Positions 11,731 to 25,883 are shown, counted from the stretch's first letter. The stretch: DNA of 64,000 nucleotides from Octopus vulgaris (GCA_951406725.2 OX597820.1:7068001-7132000), one strand, 5' to 3'. Made by a program: numbers and translations. Notes: a model not told the origin generated them from the letters alone.

Positions 11731-12576
11731 TGGTATTATGAAACTAATTTTACAAAGAAAGGAAGTTTGTACCGGAAGTGTTACTTCTCGGCTTCATTTA
11801 AAACAAAATGTCTCAGAGCATCTGAATATCACAATATAGTACATTGAACAGGTTTACGTGTGCTGATGTGCTTACCGATGTGTGTGTGTGTGTGTGTGTG
11901 TATGAGTGTATTCATCGTTGCAGATGCGTTTGTGTCTGTGCGTTGGTGGGTATTTATGACTCTTTCATTGTAGTATTGAAAGCATGATCAGAAGTCAGTG
12001 GGATCAAGGTTGAACAACAGCAATAACGAGAATTGCAGGCTCACAAAGGAACGGTCACATCAGGATGATCGTCAGTTTCACATGTTTCCAGCAAACTGGC
12101 TGTGGCCATGCTGGAGTACCGACAGCATATCTACAACAGATCTCTCTTCCCCACGTTGTTAGTTGACGAAGGAAGGAATTATGTCTCTCATCTTCTACGT
12201 ATCTCTTCCTATTGTGCAAATCAACAGAGGGATCTTAGGGAGCAGATGGCTCAAAATATGTCGCTGGATGCTGTTGTTGCTGGTGCTGCTGTTAGTGTTG
12301 TAGTTGTGGTTGTTGCTGCTGTTATTGTTGTTGTTAAGCAACAAGACAGGTAAGGGTGATTAGGTGATGGTCTAAGGCTTAGAGGCAGGAGGCCCCAGAC
12401 CTTGGAAAAAAAATACTTTGGTAGTCTTGTTGTAGTCAAGGGCTCTTCGTTGATGACCGACGCCACTGGAAGGAGGTGACGCTCGAAGTCGCTTGAAATG
12501 GAGATCTCCAGGTCCAAATTCTTGAACGGCGGGTGTTGCTGCTCATATTATGGTTACTGCTGTTGTCTTTGTTGCT

Positions 12577-12577
<1 letters not shown>

Positions 12578-12666
<89 letters not shown>

Positions 12667-12717
12667 ATAGTAGTAATAGTAGTAGTAGTAGTAGTAGTTG
12701 TTGTTGTTGTTGTTGTT
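12578..12717. repeat. (TAG)n/(TTG)n microsatellite
   Basis: Directly visible. Confidence 0.95.
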
Positions 12718-13548
12718 GGTAGAGATAGTGTTGTTTTTTTGTTGTATTTCTAATTGACATTACGGCAGAATTGCCACATCCAGCAGTTGTTGATTCCATG
12801 ACTGCTCACCGGCACCTAATCCAGCGACAGTGGGATCAACGGCGTGCCAGCCATGGCAATTCTGCCACTCTGCAAAATTATTCCACTAAAGTCTTTCATG
12901 AGATTTTTTCTTAACTTAGACAATACTGTGTGATTTAGGTAACGCTTGGATAACACGACTATTGTATCTAGCAGACAGGGTGAGAGCATAGGGATGCCGT
13001 GTCTCAGTCATGAATCATTTTGAATATAGTATTCTCTCATTCATACGATATTACTATTGAAAAATTTCAAACAGCTGAGATTATCCAAACAATGCATAGA
13101 ATAAAACTCCCTCTCGGGATATTCTGAATATGACATCTACCTCTAAAGGCAGACAACTCAAATGCGAAAAGTTGGTCGAAGAATTCCAGATTTGAATGTT
13201 GCCATTTATTTCATGTAGTTCTGATCTGGTTCAGAGCAGAGACATGTTGATTCTTTTTATATTTATTTGTTTTGATCTGATATATATATATATATATATG
13301 CACACATGTATATACGTATATATGCATATATATATTATATACTTATACATGTATATATGTATATAAGTATATAGTCGTATGCATATATATGTATCTATAT
13401 ATATATATATATATAAAACATATACATACAAACATATATATCTGAATATATGTATACACACATACACACACATTATATTATATATATATAATAGTCTGTA
13501 CATAATCTAGCATACCTATATATAGGTATACTTACATGCATTTAAATG

Positions 13549-13594
<46 letters not shown>

Positions 13595-13597
13595 GAA

Positions 13598-13629
<32 letters not shown>

Positions 13630-13670
13630 GGACGGACGGACGGACGGACGGACGGACGGACGGATGGATG

Positions 13671-13741
<71 letters not shown>
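13598..13741. repeat. Stepwise tetranucleotide array (GACA)n-(GACG)n-(GATG)n-(GATA)n
   Basis: Directly visible. Confidence 0.95.
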
Positions 13742-13742
<1 letters not shown>

Positions 13743-14463
13743 TGCACTCATTTACATAGACAGTGCGGAGATATCCGATTGAGAAAACGGAATCAATTCA
13801 ACTGATCAATATGAATGTATTGACTGGATACAAACATGGCGCTTTGCACATCTTTGACAAATGGCGAACATATCCAATTTGTCACTGTTCACATAGCATA
13901 TTCATAGAACATTTCCGACAAGTTTCACTCAGTGAATAACAATGATAGCTGTATAAACTCCAACAGTAGATATAATGGAGATGATAAGAAAATGTGTGGA
14001 TATTTTAATTAAAAGAGACATTTTCCCTCTGGGTAAAGATGCTTATCTTCCTTGTGTTCCACTCCACTCTGCCATGTTATCGTCCTGATTTCAACTTGTT
14101 AGCATCTGAAGCTTATTAAAGTTCACAATTGACATCTCATCCAACAGCCTACTGTTTGGAGTTACTAATTGCACCGTGCTTTAAATGATAGAAAAAAAAT
14201 ATATATATATATATATTTTGCACTTATATTTACTGGAGCACGAGTACACATTAAGCCTATAAGGAGAGAGGAGTGAGGGAAAATATGAGTTGAGAAAATG
14301 TGACAAATAGAGACATGTATATATATATATATGTGTGTATATACATGTATATACATGTATGCGCATATTTATAAATGCATACATATATATATACATGTAT
14401 ATATGTATATAAGTATATAGTCGTATGCATACATATATATATATATATATATATAGTCGTATG

Positions 14464-14494
<31 letters not shown>

Positions 14495-14598
14495 ATACAA
14501 ACATATATATCTGAATATATGTATACACAAACATTATATATATATGTATATATAATACTGTTTGAACATAATCTAGCATACCTATATAAAGGTATACT

Positions 14599-14647
<49 letters not shown>

Positions 14648-14650
14648 ACA

Positions 14651-14684
<34 letters not shown>

Positions 14685-15187
14685 TATATATATATACAGT
14701 ATGTATATATATATATACAGAGAGAGAGACACAGGTGGGGGATTCGATGGATACATACTCATAAATCTGGGGGAATAGGGTTTGGTTTGAGATGTAAATA
14801 TATACAAATATAGATGTATGTATGAATATATATATATATATGAATGGTTCATTGCACGACGATGGGAAACTAATGGATAGATTGAAAGATAGCTTTTTAA
14901 CTAATTAGCGAAATATAGAAGAAACCTATAATGTATGTTCGTAAACATTACATGCGTATGTGTTTGTGTATGCGTGTGTGTGTGTGTTCTATTTCATAGC
15001 ATATAAGTGCACATATGTGTGTGTATGAATATATTTTTCTTTTTTTGTTGTTGTGGTTTCACATGTAGATTCTCGAATGTAACTGATTATAACGTGATTT
15101 ATCAATACTAATTCTTGGTTGAACATTCCAGAATGTACCATATTTCGCAGTATCTGTATCTACATCTATATACATTCATGCACATGC

Positions 15188-15237
<50 letters not shown>

Positions 15238-15649
15238 TGCCCCTTTAGTCACTTTCATAACTTTTGTTGATTAAAAATATATATTTCAAATAAACACGTA
15301 AACACGCGCGCGCACATGTATGTGTATACATACATACATACATTTATTTATATCACACAAATAATCTATGCTCAAATATTGTCATACAATAATTTATTCA
15401 GTCATTATGTATCTAGAACTACAATATTTAACGTAATCTGTTTTTAAGACTGTGTGGTTGGATAGAGAATTTGGCTGCTATATCTAGCACGGTCGAGTTA
15501 CCCCATTAATTATACGTCGTTGGTTTCAGACGGAGTTGGATAAAGTTTCACGCTTTGGACTCGCTGTGTAATCAGTTGGATCTCGACTATTATAATACTG
15601 TCGATTCAACTCAGAAAACTCAGTTGATGAGGAAACACGTGATTGACCA

Positions 15650-16065
15650 TTTTTTTTTTTTTTTTACTTGTTTCAGTCATCTGACTGCGGCCATGCTGGA
15701 GCACCGCCTTTAGTCGAGCAAATCAACCCTGGGACTTATTCTTTTGTAAGCCCAGTACTTATTCTATCGGACCCTTTTGCCGAACCGCTAAGTGACGGGG
15801 ACGTAAACACACCAGCATCGGTTGTCAAGTGATGTTGGGGGGGGGGACAAACACAGACACACAAACATATACACACACATACACATATATATACATATAT
15901 ACGACGGGATTCTTTCAGTTTCTGTCTACCAAATCCACTCACAAGGCATTGGTCGGCCCGGGGCTATAGCAGAAGACACTTGCCCAAGATGCCACGCAGT
16001 GGGACTGAACCCGGAACCATGTGGTTGGTAAGCAAGCTACTTACCACACAGCCACTCATGCGCCT
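15650..16065 (-). mobile_element. SINE family B (tRNA-derived, internal TA/TG microsatellite), full length with poly(A) tail
   Basis: Minus strand: A box TGGCTGTGTGG, B box GGTTCAGTCCC, CTTGGGCAAGTG, 3' end GCATGGCCGCAGTCAGATGACTGAAACAAGT-(A)n. Confidence 0.9.
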
Positions 16066-16489
16066 ATTGTTTATTGTTTTATTTTTGTTTCTTCTTTTCA
16101 TTAGGCGTTTAATTTCACTAAGGACTCTCCGTTTTAACCCAACCCATTTGGGGGACGCCAGTAGTATAGCGAATTCTCCAGGCTTAGGATAATATCATTC
16201 TCTCCATTACCCTGGACACGGAAGTCCTGAAAGGGAGCATAGTTGCTCTCATTGTCCCCTCTCTTGACCAGATGACAGTCGCTATAGAGTCGACTAGCTT
16301 GCTTGAAATAGAAACCAAATCTCACTTGGGTTAAATCTGAAGTCATTAAATTCTGAAAACTTTAGAAAATGGGGTTTCAGATTGTGACTTTATTATTAAT
16401 TCCCAATCACACACTACACACACATTAAAACACGCACATACACACACAAACACAAGCACACATACATGTATACATAAAAACATACTTTT

Positions 16490-16700
16490 TTCCCTTTATT
16501 TGTTTCAGTCATTTGAGTGTGGCCATGCTGGAGCACCGCCTTTACTCGAACAAATCGATTCCAAGAATTATTTTTGTAAGCCTAGAACTTATTCTATCGG
16601 TCTCTTTTCCCGAACAGCTAGGTTACTGGAACGTAACCGCACCAATATCCGTTGTCAAGCGATGGTGGGGGTGGGACAAACACAGCCACATACATATATT
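16490..16700 (-). mobile_element. SINE family B 3' half
   Basis: Aligns to 15665-15860. Confidence 0.85.
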
Positions 16701-16755
<55 letters not shown>

Positions 16756-16759
16756 CGGG

Positions 16760-16940
16760 AAGCTTTATAAAAATAAACAAAAGACGAAGGCAGGTGGAAT
16801 ATAAACAAACAATTGTATTAGTATGGCGCTCAGGAATATAAATAAAACAAGTATTTTACGTTTCGAGCCTGCGCTCTTCAACAGAAAGATACACAGAAAG
16901 AAACAAGGAGAGAATATATGAGAAAATAAAATAAAACGAA
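16760..16940 (-). mobile_element. Short Penelope-like pLTR-type repeat carrying an HHR motif
   Basis: Same family as 63590-63730; bounded by (TA)n on both sides; contains the HHR motif at 16852-16889. Confidence 0.6.
16852..16889 (-). ncRNA. Minimal hammerhead-like motif with CUGUUGA core
   Basis: tcttt-CTGTTGA-A-GAGC gcag GCTC-GAA-ACGT-A-aaata. Confidence 0.55.
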
Positions 16941-17029
16941 ATATATATATATATACGTGTGTGTGTGTGTGTGTGAAAATATACACATACATAGGTATAT
17001 ATATATATGTACACTTACATACACACACT

Positions 17030-17088
<59 letters not shown>

Positions 17089-17089
17089 G

Positions 17090-17310
17090 TGTGTGTATTT
17101 GTGTCTCTGAGTGTGTCTCCACAACATCACTTGACAACCGATGCTGGTGTGTTTACTTCCCTGTGAATTAGTGGTTCGGCATAGGTGGGCGATAGAAATA
17201 AGTACTAGGCGTACTAGGCTTACACAGAATGAGTTCTGGACTCACTTAGCGTGACTAAAGGCGGTACTCCAGCATGGCCGCAGTCAAATGACTGAAACAA
17301 ATAGGAGAAT
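17090..17310 (+). mobile_element. SINE family B 3' half
   Basis: cttgacaaccgatgctggtgtgtttac...agcatggccgcagtcaaatgactgaaacaa. Confidence 0.85.
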
Positions 17311-17311
17311 G

Positions 17312-17377
<66 letters not shown>

Positions 17378-17872
17378 TGTGTGTGTGGGTGTACATACAC
17401 ACATGCGTGTACGTACGTATATAAATGAGTTTGGCTCGTGTCTGCCTCGTCCCCTTATCTTTGGAGACCGCCTAGTCAAACCGAAGCAATTACATCGTAC
17501 CACAGCCATTTTAACTGCGCGCGCATGCACACTGTTACACACACACACACACATTCACAGATAGATTAGAAACACACATATATTCTCACATTATATATCT
17601 AAAATACTATACAAAGATATGAAAAGAATAATATTCTGTATGAATTAACTAACAGAGACATTCTCCTGAGAGTCTCCTTGTGGCCATTTGCCAAGAAATG
17701 ACGGCTCTGTGTCGACTTGAACTAACTTGACATATTAAATGATGAAAAATCAATTGCGGCAACGAACCAACGAGTCTCTATGAGGTGGTTTTTGTTTTTG
17801 CAAGAAATAGCAGCCAAAAACAGACTCGCGCAGAACTGCCATTTGAGATTCGAAACCGATCAGTTCTTAGTC

Positions 17873-18090
17873 TATTTGTTTTTCTTGCCTTACACTGTGG
17901 CCATGCTGGGGCACCGCCCTGAACATGGGTTACCCCAATCGAAATGACGGCAAGATTTTATTTCTTCGGCCTGGTAATTATTCTATCGGTCTCTATTGCC
18001 GAACGTCTAGATTACAGGGACGTAAACACACCAACACCGGTTGTGAAGTGGTGGTGGTGATGGAACAAACATAGACACAAAGACACACGC
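17873..18090 (-). mobile_element. SINE family B 3' half, diverged
   Basis: tgtggccatgctggggcaccgcc...ttctatcggtctc...gacgtaaacacaccaacaccggttgt. Confidence 0.8.
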
Positions 18091-18163
18091 GCACACATAT
18101 AATCATTATGAGAACTTATAAACTTCTCATAGGGATAGATTTATCCATATTACTCTGGTTTAA

Positions 18164-18552
18164 TCTTTATATATAAAAGTGAGGTTCTGTGCTGTCTCCT
18201 ACGATTTAGATTCCTAACTACTCCCACATTTTGCGGTGCAGTTTAACCAAAACCGGGTATCTTATAGTCGTGATTCATATCGAGACCTTCTGGGTATTAG
18301 CGCGCGTCTACGATGAGTCTACGATTTAAAAAAAAATACCATCAATTTTTCCCATTTTTAATGCATTTTTGGCATATATAAGGGAAGTAACTCTCAAAAA
18401 ATTTATTATTAAATCTCAGAACGTAAAAAGCTACAGTAGCACCCCCCTTTGTGGTTAGCCATATTGAGATGGCTATTATACTTTACATCTCTAAAAATGC
18501 TTATATAGTTATTTCCCTTACAAACCCGAGCAACGCCGGGCGATACTGCTAG
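18164..18552 (+). mobile_element. Non-autonomous Helitron-like element
   Basis: A|TCTTTATATATAAAAG ... CCCGagcaacgcCGGG ... CTAG|T; 3' end near-identical to that of 965-2254. Confidence 0.75.
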
Positions 18553-18814
18553 TATATCATATTTTGAAGATATAATTCTTCAATAAATATATGGTGCACT
18601 TGTACGTGTAATGTCGATTTGATGGAGGAAGTGAGCTAATGTACAGCACAAACATTTGGCCCCTATAAAGAAGTCAGTTGTGCAGGTTGTTCGGCAAAAC
18701 CTGGGCGCTCACACGTCGTCTGTGACGGGAGATTCTATAGCATATATACATACGCACATACATACATACACATATGTATGTATGTGTATATATATATATA
18801 TATATGTGTGTGTA

Positions 18815-18870
<56 letters not shown>

Positions 18871-18876
<6 letters not shown>

Positions 18877-19750
18877 CATCCCATAAATAATGCTGCGGTT
18901 TTTCAAGTGCATGAACTAAAAGTTGGAGGAGGATGGGATAAACTACTTACATCAACTTGCTACAAATGCAGGTAGCAATTTTACCTTGTCCTTATTCTTA
19001 GTGCGAGTTTTGAAGAGTGCAGTTCGATTTTAACAGTTATTTTTTCAAAGCCAAAATGGAAGTGGCATTGGAGCATATTTGGCCTATTTTGCTTTATGCG
19101 CTCAATAAAGGCAACAACGCAATGGAGAGTGCGAAGACTATTAATGTAGTATCAGGGAATGGGACAATAAGCGTAAGAGAGTGTCAACGGTGGTTCCAGA
19201 AATTCTGAGCCGGAAACTACAGCCTAGAAGACGAGCTTCGTCTTGGAAGATCTGTAGAGCTCGACGAAAATGTGTGCTTTCTTTACTGTCACGTCTCACG
19301 AAGGAACCTTTTTTTTTTTTTTGGACCGAATATTGACTGGGGACGAGAAATGGGTTCTCGATGAAGAAAGGGGACAAAGAAAGGAGAAACACTGGCACCA
19401 GCGAGCTGGCAGAATCGTTAGCACGCCGGGCGAAATGCTAAGCGGTATTTCGTCTGCCGTTACGTTCTGAGTTCAAATTCCGCTTAAGTCAACTTTGCCT
19501 TTCATCCTTTCGGGGTCGATTAAATAAGTACCAGTTACGCACTGGGGGTCGATATAATCGACTTAATCCGTTTGTCTGTCCTTGTTTGTCCCCTTCTGTG
19601 TTTAGCCCCTTGTGGATAGTAAAGAAATAGGCTAAAGAAGGTCTTCACCCACATAAAATGTTATCTGTTTGGTGGGGTATGAAAGGTTTAGCCCACTTTG
19701 CACTTTTAAACGCAAACCAAACGATAATAAAAGAGCTCTACTGCGATGAG
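18871..19750 (+). mobile_element. Decayed mariner transposon (left TIR plus partial transposase) inserted in (TA)n
   Basis: TIR-like ttggatcatcccataaataatg. HTH region HIWPILLYALNKGNNAMESAKTIN..RECQRWFQKF*AGNYSLEDE, then FLDRILTGDEKWV, then AKEGLHPHKMLSVWWGMKG. Confidence 0.85.
19401..19630 (+). mobile_element. SINE family A nested in mariner transposase
   Basis: Near-consensus copy interrupting KGETLAP|AKEGLHP. Confidence 0.9.
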
Positions 19751-21259
19751 TGTGGAGAGAGAAAGGGGGAGAGATACATCTATACATATAAACTTATGCA
19801 TACATTTGTATTAGAGTAGCTGTGTGTTTGTATGTTTATGTTTATGTCTGTATGTGCACGTGTTACACAGAAAATTCTGCCAAATAACAGCTGGCATAAA
19901 ACTTGAATGAGTTGGCTGGCTGGCTGGCTGGTTGGTTGGTTGGTTGGTTGGTTGGTTGGATGGTTGGCTGGTTGGATGGTTGATATCTCCAGCCACGCTT
20001 TGCAAGGTATAGAGAGGAGAGGGCAGAGGGTAAAAGAGGTTTACAGAGAGATTTAGCACGAGGCATGCACGTTGCATGCACATACTAGGCTTGGTGGTAG
20101 GCAATGAAGAAAAAAACATTACTCACGAATCATAGATAGAGAGGAGGGGGAAGAGGAGGAGAAGAAGAGAAAGGAGGGAGGGGGAAGGGATGAGGAGAAG
20201 AGAGAGGAGGGAGGGGAGGAGGGAGAAAGAGGGAGGAGAGAGAAGTAAGGAGTTGGAAGAAGGAGGGAATGATAAGAAAAAGAGAAGTAGGCTGGAGGAG
20301 GTGGTAGAAAGAGGGATAAGTAACAGAGACGACGAGGACGGGGACAAGGAAGAGGACGGTGACGTGGAGGAGGAAGGAGAGGGGAGGAGAGGGAGGAGGA
20401 GGGGGAAGATCATTGACGAACTATAAGATGTAAATGAAATAACAATTATCGTACGTCTACTATATACGTCTCCCCTTCGTAAATGTATATAAGGACACAG
20501 GAAAAATGTGTCAAAGCCATCAGGAGGCGTCGATGCTTCCTAGGGCTAAACAGCGGTGGTGTACCCCCCCCCTACTGTCACGTTCGTGTTAGATTGACAG
20601 TATACAACCATTCTACTATATATGTATATATTTATATTTCCAAAGTTTCCCGTCCTCCGACAGGTGACACTCGGCTGATACATATAACTCCTGATATAAA
20701 ACAAAATGTAAACACACATACAATATTCATATTGTAAGCAGCAACATTATCCACAGTTTCTTGTCCGATTTGTGATATAATACAGAGGTCAAGACGAAAG
20801 CATTGCGTCCATGGAAAAAATATTTTTTATAACATATTTATAACAACACCACGCACGACAAATATCGAAAAAGACGATAAACGGCCATAAGCGAAAATCA
20901 AGATGGCTTTATATTCTTTTTTATAGGTGACAACGAATGCTGCTATCGTCCATTGTTGTAATATCGCTATCAAGAGTTATAACCATTTTCATACCGTATC
21001 GATCGCTTGCACAGATAAAACTGTATTTAATTTCAAGAATTCGTTAGAGAATGCCCTACAAACGGTGTCAGCCAACAGAACACTTTATACGCTAATGGGC
21101 ATTATTTCACGTCAAAACGAGGTTGGGCTGTTTTCGTTGGTTCAACTTCTCTTCCTCCCAACCTCCCACCCACCATTTGTTCGTTTTATTTAATTTTTTG
21201 TTTATGCGAGTGCGGGAATGTACGTTTTGTTATTTATTATTATTTTTTTTTTTTGTAGA

Positions 21260-21276
21260 ATAAGGTGTGCGCTTTT

Positions 21277-21337
<61 letters not shown>

Positions 21338-21351
21338 ATAAATATGTGTAT

Positions 21352-21382
<31 letters not shown>

Positions 21383-21874
21383 GTACATACACACAAATAT
21401 ATAATCTTATATAAATGAGATACATACAGCCAAACTACACAAAAATATATGAATATACCTGTGTCCGTATACATGCATATATGTGTGGGTATATGTATGT
21501 ATATATATATATATATATATATGGATATATGTATATATAAATATGGATATATATATATATTCACACACATACATATATACATATATATATATAACACACA
21601 CACACATATAGTTATGCATGTATATATATTTGTATGTATGAATATATTCATATGTAGTTGTGTTTTTCTAAGGTCTATATATATCTATACACACACATAT
21701 ACATGCACACGCATATACATACATACAGACGCACGCACACATACACACAAACATACTCACACATACACACATATACATTGAATAACAGAGAGACACATGT
21801 ATGACTGTAGGTATGTATATATGTACAAGCGCGCACACATATCTGTTGGAGAGAGAGGGAGAGAGAGTATGTGT

Positions 21875-21924
<50 letters not shown>

Positions 21925-22043
21925 TAGAAGTGTGTGTTTGCATATTTAGTTATCTGAATCGGTGTGTGCATGTGTGTGCTTACGTGAGCGCTTTTGTGCA
22001 TGGATGTTTACGTGTGTGTGGGTGTGGGTGTGAGTATGTGTGT

Positions 22044-22110
<67 letters not shown>

Positions 22111-22363
22111 TACTGGTGGGTAATGAGAGCCAATATGTATCAAGTCTTTGTTGAAGCAAAATGTCATGACTTAAAAAACAAAAATCTGAATTCTTCAAAA
22201 GAAAATTACGAAACAAACTGTTTGAAGTAACAATTTCGATATCCTGTTGAATTTCATTCTACCATTTATATATGTACACACACACACACACGACCACACA
22301 CACACACGACCACACACACACACACAGATACACACACACATACACTCACTTATAGTCATCCAT

Positions 22364-22406
<43 letters not shown>

Positions 22407-22672
22407 CTCTTAATATACTCTTTCGTTATATTCATTTAAACACTTCACAAATGCTGTTAAGTTTTGAATAACTTTCACCGCTTCATATATTCCATGTACA
22501 TGCATACATATCTATATATTCATGTGTATGTAGGCATGTATGTACATACATACAAGCACAAACACGCATATATACACATACACACAAACACGTGTATATA
22601 TCTTCCTATTAAAATGATTATGTCCCGATGTGTGGTGACATATATATATATATGTGTGTGTGTATGTATGTG

Positions 22673-22705
<33 letters not shown>

Positions 22706-22840
22706 ATGTATGTGTATATATATATATGTGTGTGTGTGTGTATGTATGTATGTGTATATATATATATATATGTGTGTGTGTGTATATATATATATATGTA
22801 TGTATATATATATATATGTGTATATATATATATATATGTG

Positions 22841-22909
<69 letters not shown>

Positions 22910-23014
22910 ATATATGTGTATATATATATATATATATATAAATATATATATACACATACACAATACATATATGAGTATATACTTATATATCAATACATCT
23001 ATATAATCTATATC

Positions 23015-23048
<34 letters not shown>

Positions 23049-23146
23049 AATATAAATATATACATACATGCATCATATATATATATATGTATGTATATAT
23101 ACAGATACACACATACACACACAGACACACACACACATATATATAT

Positions 23147-23205
<59 letters not shown>

Positions 23206-23230
23206 TATACGTATATATGTATATAGATAT
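21260..23230. repeat. Large compound (TA)n/(TG)n/(CA)n microsatellite field
   Basis: Directly visible. Confidence 0.9.
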
Positions 23231-23436
23231 GAATATAGAAGCGCACATACACCATCCTATCCATCTATGAAAATGCTTGTCCTTTGTCAAGTGATACCTC
23301 GCTATGTTTCTCGTTAAGTCTTTTTCCCAAACACATTTCCTTCATTTTCCATCATTTTCTCTCTTCGTTTTCCTCAAAAATTCCCTCCTCTTATCTCATT
23401 TACAATGTTTATTCACGTTTGATCCCTCTCTTCTCT

Positions 23437-23536
23437 ATTATTACTGTTATTATTATTATTATTATTATCATTATTATTATTATTATCATTATTATTATTA
23501 TTATTATCATTATTATTATTATTATTATTTCTGTTG

Positions 23537-23583
<47 letters not shown>

Positions 23584-23590
23584 TCTGTTG

Positions 23591-23624
<34 letters not shown>

Positions 23625-23662
23625 CATTATTATTATTATTATCATTATTATTATTATTTCTG

Positions 23663-23693
<31 letters not shown>

Positions 23694-23734
23694 CATTATT
23701 ATTATTATTATCATTATTATTATTATTTCTGTTG

Positions 23735-23769
<35 letters not shown>

Positions 23770-23770
23770 G
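23437..23770. repeat. (TTA)n array with recurring tttctgttgtt interruption (higher-order repeat)
   Basis: The interruption recurs four times. Confidence 0.9.
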
Positions 23771-23800
23771 CTTCTTGTTAATTGTACGTTTATATCTTTC

Positions 23801-23836
<36 letters not shown>

Positions 23837-24519
23837 TCTCTTCTCTTTCTTTCCCTCTCTTTCCAGCCCCTGTCTATCCCTCCTCTATCTCACCCCTTTT
23901 CTCTCGCCCTCCTCTTTATCTCTTTCTTCCTCTTATTCTGTCATTATCTCTGTCTCTCTTTCCCCTCTCTCTTCTCTCTCTCTACCCCTTCTCTTTCCCC
24001 CTCCTCCTCCGCCTTCTCTTCCTTCTCGCCCTCCTTCTCCGCCAAAATATATCCACAATGATCTTTGCGTTATTTTATTCTCTCATTTATTTTATATTCT
24101 TTATTGTTTTTCTACATCTTGAGGCACATTTCTATCCAAAACCTCACGATCTTCACTTTCTTCAACCTTATACAACCTCACTGTCAAATGTACACGCTAA
24201 CACACACATTAAACACAAACACATACATACATATATATACACACACAGAGGCTCATAAACACATAAATGTGCACACACAGATACTCCTAGACACACCCAC
24301 GAACAAACACAAACACGCATACTCATACACACACACACACCTGTACACACACACCTGTACACACACACCTGTACACACACACACACACACACGCCTAGAT
24401 TATTTTGACTTTCACTTTTAAACTTCACTTCTATTGTTACATTTTAATTTATTATTTTTTTTGTTCACCATTTCACACGCTTTGCCACCTCTGTCTTCAT
24501 CACTCCATCACATCAAATT

Positions 24520-24553
24520 CTTGTCATTATTATTATTATTGTTATTATTATTA

Positions 24554-24584
<31 letters not shown>

Positions 24585-24652
24585 CGTTATTGTTATTATT
24601 ATTATTATTATCATTATTGTTATTATTATTATTATTATTATTATTGGTGTTA

Positions 24653-24683
<31 letters not shown>

Positions 24684-24688
24684 TATTA

Positions 24689-24725
<37 letters not shown>

Positions 24726-24823
24726 CATTATTATTTATACTGTCGTTACTGCTTTTCTTCTTCGTCTTCTTCCTCTCTTTTTCTCCTTCTTCATCATCTT
24801 ATTCTCCTCCTCCTCTTTATTAC

Positions 24824-24866
<43 letters not shown>
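24520..24866. repeat. (TTA)n/(TTG)n microsatellite
   Basis: Directly visible. Confidence 0.9.
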
Positions 24867-24868
<2 letters not shown>

Positions 24869-25033
24869 ATCTTTTTCCCCTTTATTTGCCTTCTTTAAAT
24901 CTGTTGGCAGCACTTTGTCATAAAACAGCTCCATTTACTGTGAGGAAATTCAATTAGCGCTTCAAGAAAAGGGTCTTTGATATTAAATGTAACAACTTAT
25001 GATCGTTGTTGCTACTTTTTGTTATTGTTATTA

Positions 25034-25064
<31 letters not shown>

Positions 25065-25677
25065 ATTTTTAGAGTTGTTGTTGTTGTTATTATTAACGTT
25101 ATTGTCATCATGATTTTTCTTTTTGTTTTTTTGTTTTTTTTTGTTGTTTTGGGTTTTCCCATTTTAATGTTGCGCTGCTCTTGGTTATGGTAGAAGATTT
25201 GTTCAGTGAAATGTTCGCGTAAGGGGAAGTGTTCCCTGGAGATTTTAAATAGATAGATCGATTATGAAAATGAGAGGGAGGTGAAAGGAAATGAGAAGGA
25301 AAGGGAAGGCGGGCGGGCGGGCGGGTGAGGATGGCACTGACGACGACGACGACGACGACGACGATGATGATGAAGATGATGATGATGAAGATGATGCAAT
25401 CACAGGAAATGAACGGAAAGCAGGAAAATCATCGAAGATTGTTTATTACAAATTCCCCCTGTTTTTGTTTTTTTAGTTTTAGTTTTTTGTTTTTGTTGTT
25501 GTTTTTGTTTTCGTTCTCTTTTTAAATATTTTGTTTACTTTCAGGGATAACATTCATTTTCTTCGGCAGATTATTAAATACTTACAACTGTAGCAACACC
25601 TTCATGCATGACTCGTCCACACACACACATTCAGACACACATATACACACACGCACATATATATATAAGCACATATA

Positions 25678-25715
<38 letters not shown>

Positions 25716-25883
25716 TCATCTGCATACATGCGCATATAAATTCATACCGACAGACAAAAATATATGCCTGTATCTATAATATTTACACATGCATATATAA
25801 ACTTAATTACGTGTGTGTAGTGTTTAAATATATATTATATATATGCACATATACTTGTACGTATGCACATATATATGTGCACA

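Noticed and set aside
20190-20426. Acidic/basic E/R/G-rich ORF
   Set aside because: Polypurine low-complexity tract.
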